From positions 15,410 through 79,409 of IMG/VR virus record IMGVR_UViG_3300037847_007805: DNA of 64,000 nucleotides; one strand, 5' to 3'. Source of the DNA: a virus. The notes beneath the pieces are model-generated. The model saw only the letters and a program-made list of their open reading frames with translations, was not told where the DNA came from and made no database searches. Both the position numbers and the translations under genes were made by a program. Positions within the stretch are counted from its first letter, which is position 1; each line of letters starts with the position of its first letter. Positions 56,641 through 64,000 of this stretch are shown one piece after another.

Positions 56641-56977
56641 TTTCCCTTAATTTTTGTCTAATTTCAGTAGCTGATATATTCATAATTGTTCTTGGGGGAA
56701 AATGCTCAATAATTTCGTAACCAACACCTCTACCATAGTTTACACTTTCAATATCAGGTATAATAATTACTTTTACTTTTTTAGCATCAATCAATTCTTT
56801 TAAATCTTCTTCTATTTTTTTCTTAACGTCTTTAGGATTGTACGGGTTGCTATCGCTTTTATCGGTTTCTCTGACAGCTATACAAACATTTTTTCCCTCT
56901 TTTAATCTTTCGTTAATAAGCCAACGGTGTCCATCATGAAATGGTTGCCATCTTCCTATAAATAATGAGTATTTCAT
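56627..56977 (-). CDS. HxGH cytidylyl/adenylyltransferase-like protein
   Basis: FIGRWQPFHDGH, NPY, ISATEIR. Confidence 0.8.
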   Translation of the reverse strand: MKYSLFIGRWQPFHDGHRWLINERLKEGKNVCIAVRETDKSDSNPYNPKDVKKKIEEDLKELIDAKKVKVIIIPDIESVNYGRGVGYEIIEHFPPRTIMNISATEIRQKLRESGKL

Positions 56978-56979
56978 AG

Positions 56980-57918
56980 TTATTCAATTATGGTTAAGTA
57001 ATCATCAGCGATTTTTTTACTATCGCAAAAAGTTTTTATTACTACTCTATTTACTTCACAGTTTTTAAGAGAGTATTTATTTATTTCATCAACTATATTT
57101 TCTTTCGTGGGTTTATTTTTTAAGTATCTACCACTACAATTATTTTTTACAAAGTAGCCAAAATTCTCGGCATTTACTAATCCGTCCATATAGGAATTGC
57201 TCATGTACCCTCTGCTATCTGCAACAATTACATTTTTACACATTGACATTGCTTCGTAACAGCCACGACCAAGAGAAAAAACTAAATCAGCATTTTTTAA
57301 ATTTTCTCTAATATCATAAGTTGGATTGGTATGTTTATTGTTTTTGTTAAAATTAAACCCAAAATCAAAACAGATTTCAGAAATCAATTTATTAAACTCA
57401 TCATTTTGTGATAATGAATATACGTTTTCAATAGACGAGTTGCTTGTGGTGTGGTAAAAATACTTAGTGTCTACAGGGTTAAGTATATGATAAACTAATT
57501 TGTTTCCGTTTGTTTTGTTAAGTACGCTTTCCTGCACTTCTTCACTAATTGCAACATACTTAAGTTTATGCCAAAAAGAAGGAAACTCTAATTGTGAAAA
57601 AATGCCATGACATATTTGAAACAAGTTTTGGTCGTTAAATTTCAAATCTTTTCTGCTATAAACTTCCTTAACAAACCTATTTACGGTAGATTGATGAGAT
57701 AAAAAAACAGCATCAACTGTTGTATTAGTAGGCATTACATCTACATCTATGTTTAATTCTTTTTTTATCAAATCAGACATTTTGCCTTTTAGGGTGAAAT
57801 TACCAAGAAGAATATAAACATTATGTTTTAGTAATTTAAACTCTTTCGCAAGAGAAAATAAATGTTGTTCTGAACCCCCTAATTCGTGCAGATGATTACA
57901 GCCTAAAATTATATTCAT
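56980..57918 (-). CDS. GT-B (GT4-like) glycosyltransferase
   Basis: GGSE, ICHG, VAISEEV, NPVD, ADLVFSLGRGCYEAM. Confidence 0.7.
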   Translation of the reverse strand: MNIILGCNHLHELGGSEQHLFSLAKEFKLLKHNVYILLGNFTLKGKMSDLIKKELNIDVDVMPTNTTVDAVFLSHQSTVNRFVKEVYSRKDLKFNDQNLFQICHGIFSQLEFPSFWHKLKYVAISEEVQESVLNKTNGNKLVYHILNPVDTKYFYHTTSNSSIENVYSLSQNDEFNKLISEICFDFGFNFNKNNKHTNPTYDIRENLKNADLVFSLGRGCYEAMSMCKNVIVADSRGYMSNSYMDGLVNAENFGYFVKNNCSGRYLKNKPTKENIVDEINKYSLKNCEVNRVVIKTFCDSKKIADDYLTIIE

Positions 57919-58211
57919 TACTTTGTAACAAGTTTAAATTCAGCTACTTCTTCAAGTTTTTGCTGTAATTTTTGTATTCTTTTCTTATCTTCTAAAGACA
58001 GTCGAGGTTTGCTTTTAATCTCAAGGATTTCTTTAAATATATCTGAAACTTTTTTCATTGAAAGGCTTGTATATTTTGGGGGTTATATTCTTTAATTTTT
58101 TTAAAATCGCAAGAAAGTTTGTAGCTACACACATTAGAATTAATAAGAACAACAGCTTCTTTAACTGAAATGTGTTGGTCTTTTAATAATCTTTCAACAA
58201 TTTTAATTTTA

Positions 58212-58502
58212 TCAATAGACATAAGATGTTATGATGACAGTTCCCTTGCCATTTTTAGAGGTAGTTTTGCTTTTAAAAGTATCAATATCCATTCCTTGCT
58301 TTTTTAATCTATATATAATAGAGGATAAGCGAGTTACTTCATATAACTCGTAGGCTTGTTTATTATTGATTGTAGTAAATTCTTGAAGATGCCTTCTAAC
58401 GCTATCAGTTTTATTGATACCGTCTTTTATTTCTAATCTAAAAGGTATTTTTTCTTTCTTTTTACAGTTAAATAACTTTAATAAAAATTCACAGATTGAC
58501 AT
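58212..58502 (-). CDS. Winged HTH protein
   Basis: HL...TI...AYELY.VTRLSSIIYRLKKQG.DI. Confidence 0.7.
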   Translation of the reverse strand: MSICEFLLKLFNCKKKEKIPFRLEIKDGINKTDSVRRHLQEFTTINNKQAYELYEVTRLSSIIYRLKKQGMDIDTFKSKTTSKNGKGTVIITSYVY

Positions 58503-58523
58503 AGTAAAAGTTTCTTATTCAAA

Positions 58524-58531
58524 CAAATATA
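58524..58531 (-). promoter_or_regulatory. Bacteroidota-type -7 promoter element
   Basis: Intergenic TATATTTG on the minus strand. Confidence 0.55.
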
Positions 58532-58537
58532 AAAAAA

Positions 58538-58780
58538 TTATTTTATAAAATAAGAAATATACCTATCGCATTTACAAGATGATTTAGCAGTTTTTTTCCA
58601 AAACATAAAACCATCTTCTGTAAGCAAAATTTGAGAAACTCCGCAGGATTTACAAGTTCTTCTGTGTAAATCGCTTAAGTAGAATAAACGATATTCTGTA
58701 ATTCTATCTATTAGAATATAAATAGTTATTAAAAAAATCAATAAAAGTAAGGGGATAAAATAAGTCCATTTTTCTATCAT
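58538..58780 (-). CDS. Small TM protein with Cys pairs
   Basis: N-terminal TM; CKSC and CKC. Confidence 0.5.
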   Translation of the reverse strand: MIEKWTYFIPLLLLIFLITIYILIDRITEYRLFYLSDLHRRTCKSCGVSQILLTEDGFMFWKKTAKSSCKCDRYISYFIK

Positions 58781-58800
58781 AAATTATAAATTAGTTAGAC

Positions 58801-58832
58801 AAAAAAAAACACGGAGAGCATTTCCCCGTGTC
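58801..58832 (-). terminator. Terminator-like hairpin
   Basis: ACACGG...CCGTGT stem followed by a T tract on the minus strand. Confidence 0.45.
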
Positions 58833-58854
58833 TAAAATTAGAACCTTGTATAAT

Positions 58855-58862
58855 CAAATATA
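58855..58862 (-). promoter_or_regulatory. Bacteroidota-type -7 promoter element
   Basis: Intergenic TATATTTG on the minus strand. Confidence 0.5.
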
Positions 58863-58878
58863 CAATTTTTTTTAAAAA

Positions 58879-59175
58879 TCAATCAAGTAAAACCATATAT
58901 GCTTTAGGATTATTGGCTCTAAACCAACCAACTCCCCTTCTTACATCTTCCCAATGTTGCTGTGCTTTAGGGTTCAAATCATCAGGATTTGCAGATTGCG
59001 TAAACTTTCTATCTAATTGTTCTGCAACGTAATTAGAACCCATAGTAAAGTCATAAATAGCAACTTCAAGTGGATTTAACTCTATTGATTCACCTGTATA
59101 AGGGTTTCTAACAACTTCATTAATCTTTCCAACCGTACCCTTAAACCAAGATGGTTTTTTGATTGTATTTTCCAT
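58879..59175 (-). CDS. Hypothetical phage protein
   Basis: NPYTGESIEL...YD...WFRANNPKAYMVLLD. Confidence 0.6.
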   Translation of the reverse strand: MENTIKKPSWFKGTVGKINEVVRNPYTGESIELNPLEVAIYDFTMGSNYVAEQLDRKFTQSANPDDLNPKAQQHWEDVRRGVGWFRANNPKAYMVLLD

Positions 59176-59570
59176 TATATATAGTATTTAAAATTTACAT
59201 TAGACATGATTTCATTGAAATCTTTTTTGCTTACTTTTAAAATATCCTCATAATCTTTCATAAACTTTTTACCAACAGTTCTTGCAGAGGAGTTATTAAG
59301 TTCAGGGTGTTTATTACGGATTGCTTTAATAAAAGTCATGTATGGAGTAAAATACTTCTTTTTACCTTTTATTTTAGTTTTACCACTTGACCTCTTAAAT
59401 TTAGTAATAGGGCTTGTGGTAATTTTATCTACAACATTTTTAGTTTTAGATTTTGTTGTATTAAGATTAGTTACAATAGATATGTAACGCTTGTCATTTT
59501 TAGTTTCTACTTTTAATTCAAAACCATTTAGAGATAATTTCTCTAAGATTTCAAGAAATTCTTGTGTCAT
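59175..59570 (-). CDS. Basic hypothetical protein
   Basis: 131-aa Lys-rich ORF. Confidence 0.55.
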   Translation of the reverse strand: MTQEFLEILEKLSLNGFELKVETKNDKRYISIVTNLNTTKSKTKNVVDKITTSPITKFKRSSGKTKIKGKKKYFTPYMTFIKAIRNKHPELNNSSARTVGKKFMKDYEDILKVSKKDFNEIMSNVNFKYYI

Positions 59571-59592
59571 AATTAGTGATTTAAAATTTATA

Positions 59593-59862
59593 TTAATTTT
59601 CTTGTAATTTTTCTAAAGTTAATTCTTCTAATTCCTGAAAAAAATCAGGGCTTAATAATTGACTGACTTCAACACCTTCCAACTTGACTGAATCAATTTG
59701 AATATCAGGTGGTTCAGGGGGTTCTCCAAGTGGGTCATTCCAAGTGGAAAAACTACCCCTGTGTCCTGCAATCCAACTTCCTTCTACATCAAGTTTAGAA
59801 TCAAATATGGAAACCTCTTGATAAAAACTATTCCAAGTGCTTAAATTACTTCCAAAAATCAT
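59593..59862 (-). CDS. Hypothetical acidic protein
   Basis: 89-aa ORF with PPEPP. Confidence 0.55.
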   Translation of the reverse strand: MIFGSNLSTWNSFYQEVSIFDSKLDVEGSWIAGHRGSFSTWNDPLGEPPEPPDIQIDSVKLEGVEVSQLLSPDFFQELEELTLEKLQEN

Positions 59863-60086
59863 TTTTCAAAGTAAATTTTATAATTAAACATCTGAAGTTT
59901 ATCAAGATTAGACATATTGTTCCAAAAAGAAGGCGATACATCTTCTATATGTACAGCCATACCATCGGACTTGTCTATTTTCCCATTTTTGTACTGTGGA
60001 TAGGTGAGTTCCGTTTTTGTGTCAAATACACAACCTACTGAATTTAAAGTAATTATCATTACTAACTTTTTTTGATTACTATTCAA
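59859..60086 (-). CDS. Hypothetical protein (start uncertain)
   Basis: The TTG start overlaps a promoter-like element; a downstream ATG (MIITL) is more likely. Confidence 0.5.
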   Translation of the reverse strand: MNSNQKKLVMIITLNSVGCVFDTKTELTYPQYKNGKIDKSDGMAVHIEDVSPSFWNNMSNLDKLQMFNYKIYFEK

Positions 60087-60091
60087 ATATA
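60084..60091 (-). promoter_or_regulatory. Bacteroidota-type -7 promoter element
   Basis: TTTTTGTATATTTG on the minus strand. Confidence 0.55.
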
Positions 60092-60134
60092 CAAAAAAAA
60101 GTTTAAAGTTCTACTTTATTTAGGTTTTTTTTTT

Positions 60135-60359
60135 TTAAATAGTCCACTTAAAGGTTATAATTAATATAAAAAGGCTGAATTGCCAAGTGTGTTCTACGGT
60201 GTTGTTATCAAGATAATCTTTATTATAATGTATTCCAAGCAAAAGTCCATAAACGGGAGTTACAATAACTTCCCCTTTTTTAAAACTTGTAAAATCAAAA
60301 ACAAAATAACAAATTATTAAACCTAAGATAGTAATAAAGAAAAATGATAAAAGGCTCAT
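60135..60359 (-). CDS. Small hydrophobic protein
   Basis: 74-aa ORF with hydrophobic ends. Confidence 0.5.
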   Translation of the reverse strand: MSLLSFFFITILGLIICYFVFDFTSFKKGEVIVTPVYGLLLGIHYNKDYLDNNTVEHTWQFSLFILIITFKWTI

Positions 60360-60361
60360 AA

Positions 60362-61576
60362 TTAAAATAAGTGAATGAATTTAGCTACTTGACCATGATT
60401 TGGATTATGTAAAAATCCCTCTACAGCTTTTGGATTATGCTGATAACCGTTTCGATGATGCCAACCATCTGTTCCTGATGGAGTTCTAAGAGATTCAACA
60501 GTTACACCTATATAATCTTTTAATACTTTATGATGTATATGATGAGTGTATATGTATCTATATTTTGTACAAGCCCATGATTCAGCACTTTCTTGAGCCA
60601 TAAGTAGAGGTAAATCTTTTTCTTTTGCACCGTCCCCATGAGTAGATGCAATCAAATTTTTACCATATTGATAATACTTTCTATGTGATATACTACAATC
60701 AAAAGTAATGTTCTTGTTTCTCCTAAACCAAGTTTCAATAGTTTGTGCTAAGAAAAAACCATGTGTGTAATCATGATTAGAAGGATTATAAACAAAATGT
60801 ACATCAGCTACAGTAAGTAACATTTCTAATACATCAACGTACAATCTTCTTGCTATAAGAAAATTAGTAAACCACATTCCATCAGTATCTTGTGGAGTTC
60901 CACTTGTAGTTTGTCTTTTCGGTGTATCAATGTGCAAAATATCATTCCCTGCTATGAAAAGAATTTTATTTATTTCATAACCTCTTGACTTACTTATAAT
61001 GCCTTGTACACCCTCTAAAACTCTTTTTACAGCAATCTGACTATTATAATCTTCTCCTGTTTCAAATGAATCGCAAAGTTTTCCAATATGAACATCAGCA
61101 GGGTCAATAACTAAAAGGTGTGGGTCGATTAACTCTCTGCGTTTTAATTTAGGATATTTAGGAGAATAATTTTTCATCTCACTAATTATACGATTACCTA
61201 CTTCTTCATAGCTAATCTTTTTAGGTTTCATTTGTGCAGATATATGTTTTGATTTCCACCAATATATATTTGCATCAATAGGGTCGAAGCCTTCTTTCCG
61301 TGCTTCATCTACAAGAGGTTTATGATTAACTTCTAAATGAACCATTTTTTCACAATAAGTTTTTAATTCATTATAGAATGTAGAAAATTCTGTTTCTGTT
61401 AATTCACGAACATCAAGCCTACTTAATGTTTCTTGGGCTATTTTTTTAAAATTTCTCTTGTTTTTAGATTTCCTATAAAGGTTTAAGGAAATGTTGAAGG
61501 CTATAGTTTTATTAACTAAAGACCATACTGTATAATGTTTTGGGGCTTTCTCGTTTTTAGGTTGGAGTTGTGCCAT
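60362..61576 (-). CDS. Calcineurin-like metallophosphoesterase
   Basis: DVHIG, GNDILH.D, SNHD, THGD, HHIHH motifs. Confidence 0.75.
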   Translation of the reverse strand: MAQLQPKNEKAPKHYTVWSLVNKTIAFNISLNLYRKSKNKRNFKKIAQETLSRLDVRELTETEFSTFYNELKTYCEKMVHLEVNHKPLVDEARKEGFDPIDANIYWWKSKHISAQMKPKKISYEEVGNRIISEMKNYSPKYPKLKRRELIDPHLLVIDPADVHIGKLCDSFETGEDYNSQIAVKRVLEGVQGIISKSRGYEINKILFIAGNDILHIDTPKRQTTSGTPQDTDGMWFTNFLIARRLYVDVLEMLLTVADVHFVYNPSNHDYTHGFFLAQTIETWFRRNKNITFDCSISHRKYYQYGKNLIASTHGDGAKEKDLPLLMAQESAESWACTKYRYIYTHHIHHKVLKDYIGVTVESLRTPSGTDGWHHRNGYQHNPKAVEGFLHNPNHGQVAKFIHLF

Positions 61577-61678
61577 TTATTGAATTAGTATTGGTTTGTG
61601 TTCGACTAAATTACAGAAAAATTATTGAATAAAACAAAAAATACTATATCAAATGCCTATATTATTATTTTTACGAAT

Positions 61679-61713
61679 AAAAAAAACGCACCAAAAATAA
61701 ATTTGATGCGTTT
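61679..61713 (-). terminator. Terminator-like hairpin
   Basis: AAACGCA...TGCGTTT stem followed by a T tract on the minus strand. Confidence 0.45.
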
Positions 61714-61776
61714 AAAAAAAGTGATTAAACCAAATTAATGAAAAAATTAAACTACTCTAATAACTAAACAAAACAA

Positions 61777-62082
61777 TCACTCTTTATTTTTAATTTCTTC
61801 TTTACTTTTTTCGATTTCCTTCTGTAAATTCGCTAAAGACCGCCATGCGACCTTTGTTGAGTGTCTAATTCCATCAGTATCTATAGTTCCTGCATCAATC
61901 AAATGACGAGCCAAAGCATCTAAATCATCTGATGACTTACTCCTGTCCCAAGCTAAAGGCTTATCAGGGTTGTGTTGAACCTGACCTATCAAACTGCATT
62001 TTGCAATTTCCATGATAGCATCAGGAAAATACTTAAGAACTCCTGTAAAAACAGGTGCATTTTTTCTTTCCTTTGCTGTCAT
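61777..62082 (-). CDS. dATP/dGTP diphosphohydrolase-like (DUF5664) protein
   Basis: FPDAI.EIAK.S..G...H....W...DALARHL...H...VAWR.L. Confidence 0.65.
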   Translation of the reverse strand: MTAKERKNAPVFTGVLKYFPDAIMEIAKCSLIGQVQHNPDKPLAWDRSKSSDDLDALARHLIDAGTIDTDGIRHSTKVAWRSLANLQKEIEKSKEEIKNKE

Positions 62083-62362
62083 ACAGGTTCATAAATATCA
62101 CAACTCCCATCATCATTTAGAGGGGGGACTGCATAGTGATTTTGAGTTGCGGGGTCGGTTAATTCTAAATGTAAATTACAAGAATCTTTAACTTCACAAC
62201 CATCACCACTACATAAGATAACATTATCACTCATTGTAAATAATTTTATGTATTCCTTGATACGAATACTTGGTTAATACTTCATAAGTACAAGAATTAC
62301 ACCTAAATTTTTTTTGATATTGGTGTGAATCGTACTCACTATTACAAACATAGCAGGTATTT

Positions 62363-62587
62363 TTAATATCCACTATACTTACTATTTCTGTGTTCGTGTC
62401 TGCTTGTAAAGTAATTAAGTTTATCTACACAATGAGAAATCCATCTTTTATCAGGATAATTTCTTGTTACTTCTCTTTGAAGTTCCTGACACCAATGGTT
62501 TATCTTTGGTAAATAACCTTTTATCTTTTCTTGTTTTCTAAATTCATCGAAAGTTTCGTTTTCGATTGCATTTGGTAATTCTGCCAT
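62363..62587 (-). CDS. Hypothetical protein
   Basis: Start moved to ATG 62587, downstream of the promoter element. Confidence 0.55.
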   Translation of the reverse strand: MAELPNAIENETFDEFRKQEKIKGYLPKINHWCQELQREVTRNYPDKRWISHCVDKLNYFTSRHEHRNSKYSGY

Positions 62588-62615
62588 AGCTTCTTTTTTA
62601 AAACATTGATATACA

Positions 62616-62623
62616 CAAATATA
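62616..62623 (-). promoter_or_regulatory. Bacteroidota-type -7 promoter element
   Basis: TTTTTGTATATTTG on the minus strand. Confidence 0.55.
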
Positions 62624-62634
62624 CAAAAAAGTTT

Positions 62635-63207
62635 TTAGTTCGATATTTTAGGGTGTGTCATCATCTTTTTCATGAAGGATTTATAACCTAAATTTAAGTT
62701 AAAACCATACCACCTTGCAAATTCTATCCATGCAGGAATAACATCTACAGGGTGTTCAAGATTACTAACATTTTCAAAAAAACTATCATGCTCATTCATG
62801 TACATATTAAATTTTTTTTGATTATCTGAAAAAAGTGAATAACGAATGTTACTACTTCTATCACAAATTTTTACAACTGTAGCTTTCCAATCGGATTTAA
62901 TTCTTGGATAACCTTCTTTTTTTCTAACCTCTCTGCTAAACCCCTCTAAATCAGATACATTCCAAAGTATATTAAAAATTTCAGCACCAAATTCATTACA
63001 AATTTCTTTTTGTGTAGCATCTGTATCTTCTAATACATCGTGTAAAGCACAAGCGATTTGTATAGTTTCATCATAACCTAATCTTTGTGCAACACCTACT
63101 ACATCGTTTATATGAAACATATATGGTTTATCCCCATACATTTGATTGCCATGTTTTTTTTCACTAAAATCTAATGCTCTCTTTAGCTTCTCTTTTTCTA
63201 AACTCAT
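62635..63207 (-). CDS. HD-domain small alarmone hydrolase (RelA/SpoT HD, Mesh1-like)
   Basis: H.NQ....PY..H...V; ALHDVLEDT; VKICDR..N. Confidence 0.8.
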   Translation of the reverse strand: MSLEKEKLKRALDFSEKKHGNQMYGDKPYMFHINDVVGVAQRLGYDETIQIACALHDVLEDTDATQKEICNEFGAEIFNILWNVSDLEGFSREVRKKEGYPRIKSDWKATVVKICDRSSNIRYSLFSDNQKKFNMYMNEHDSFFENVSNLEHPVDVIPAWIEFARWYGFNLNLGYKSFMKKMMTHPKISN

Positions 63208-63397
63208 CTATTTCAATTTTTTCAAAATCTACTTTTCTAATTAAGAAAGACCCGTAGGGCATTTCATCTAATTCAATAATCCTTGGGTCTGAACCTCTTT
63301 CAGGATTTTCTAAAAGTTTTTTTGCTTTTTTATATGCTGATTCATCATCTTTTGCCCATATATCATAAGCAATACTAACTGTATATCTTGTACTCAT
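63164..63397 (-). CDS. Hypothetical protein
   Basis: 77-aa ORF. Confidence 0.55.
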   Translation of the reverse strand: MSTRYTVSIAYDIWAKDDESAYKKAKKLLENPERGSDPRIIELDEMPYGSFLIRKVDFEKIEIDEFRKREAKESIRF

Positions 63398-63936
63398 AAT
63401 TCAGTAATTTTTACAATTTCAATTTGTTCAGGGTCTACAACAACCTCTTTTTCACCTCTATCTTCAAAAACACTTAAGATGTCGCTTTTTTTAACTTTAG
63501 CTTCTATAAGAGTGGGCTTTCCCCCACCTTTTGAAAACCTTTTTGCAAACCATTCAGCTTGTTCTTTGTCATAAGTGAAGGATAGACCTATATTTTCTTC
63601 ATCTAACTCATCTTCTACTCTTACACCTCTATACAAGGTAACTTCGTCTGGAAAGTTGTTGTAAACCTCTAATTCTTCTTTATTCATCATAGATTGAGGA
63701 TTACCCCTGTCATAAAATAATTGAACTAAATCCCAATATCCATAAAAACCGCTTGAAGGAAACTCTGTTACAGTCCAAGAGAATTTAAGTAAGTCATAGA
63801 ATTTATCGTCATCATCTATCAAATAAGAATTTTCAGATAACCATTTTAATCTTTCTTGTTTAGGTAATAAAACTAAAACACTATCCCAATGTTTATCATC
63901 AATAGCTTCTTGAACTTTCTTTTGGATATAATTCAT
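63394..63936 (-). CDS. ADP-ribosyltransferase-fold protein (R-S-E type, putative)
   Basis: LYRG, GLSFT...A.WFA, EKEVVV. Confidence 0.55.
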   Translation of the reverse strand: MNYIQKKVQEAIDDKHWDSVLVLLPKQERLKWLSENSYLIDDDDKFYDLLKFSWTVTEFPSSGFYGYWDLVQLFYDRGNPQSMMNKEELEVYNNFPDEVTLYRGVRVEDELDEENIGLSFTYDKEQAEWFAKRFSKGGGKPTLIEAKVKKSDILSVFEDRGEKEVVVDPEQIEIVKITEL

Positions 63937-64000
63937 TCTAAATACATACCAATCACCAAATGTTTGTAGTTTTTTACGTTTCTTTTCACTAAAAGTTTTT

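Larger units (their letters stand above)
1..64000. mobile_element. Fragment of a large dsDNA virus genome, probably a tailless membrane-containing virus of Bacteroidota
   Basis: No housekeeping genes; packaging ATPase, capsid-like protein, giant fibre, RecT, RusA, lysins, tightly overlapping small ORFs. Confidence 0.85.

Noticed and set aside
1-64000. Eukaryotic giant virus (NCLDV) interpretation
   Set aside because: Peptidoglycan hydrolases and binding domains, RecT, RusA, overlapping operonic genes and Bacteroidota promoter elements point to a bacterial host.
1-64000. Ordinary tailed phage interpretation
   Set aside because: No recognisable terminase, portal, HK97 capsid, tail tube or tape measure gene in a 41-kb structural block. 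It cannot be fully excluded, because such genes could lie outside the window.
1-64000. tRNA, rRNA or integrase genes
   Set aside because: None recognised by eye; intergenic gaps are short and AT-rich. tRNAscan-SE would be needed to exclude tRNAs.

Overview
This AT-rich, gene-dense 64-kb window reads as part of a large dsDNA virus genome. It has two converging gene blocks: a + strand block (1-41.5 kb, mostly virion genes) and a - strand block (41.5-64 kb; recombination, cell-wall enzymes, glycan modification, early genes). The host is probably Bacteroidota, inferred from repeated TAnnTTTG -7 promoter elements, few evident Shine-Dalgarno sites, a SusC-type CarboxypepD_reg domain and peptidoglycan hydrolases. 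I recognise no terminase, portal, HK97 capsid or tail-tube gene. Instead there is an A32/FtsK-HerA-type packaging ATPase, a 230-aa candidate single-jelly-roll capsid protein with a distant paralog, dozens of small membrane-anchored proteins, an annexin repeat and an LRAT-like enzyme. Together these suggest an unusually large tailless, internal-membrane (Varidnaviria-like) bacterial virus. Two recurring motifs look like proteolytic maturation or sorting signals: [FMYL]xxGG (about 19 times in a 1371-aa protein) and [FY]xN[AV]xG (capsid candidate and several membrane proteins). Other notable items are a 3772-aa Cys-rich fibre, a PAPS/sulfotransferase/glycosyltransferase set, a 235-aa PolB-palm-like protein and apparent avoidance of several 4-mers. 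All family calls come from motif recognition by eye; no database searches were run.
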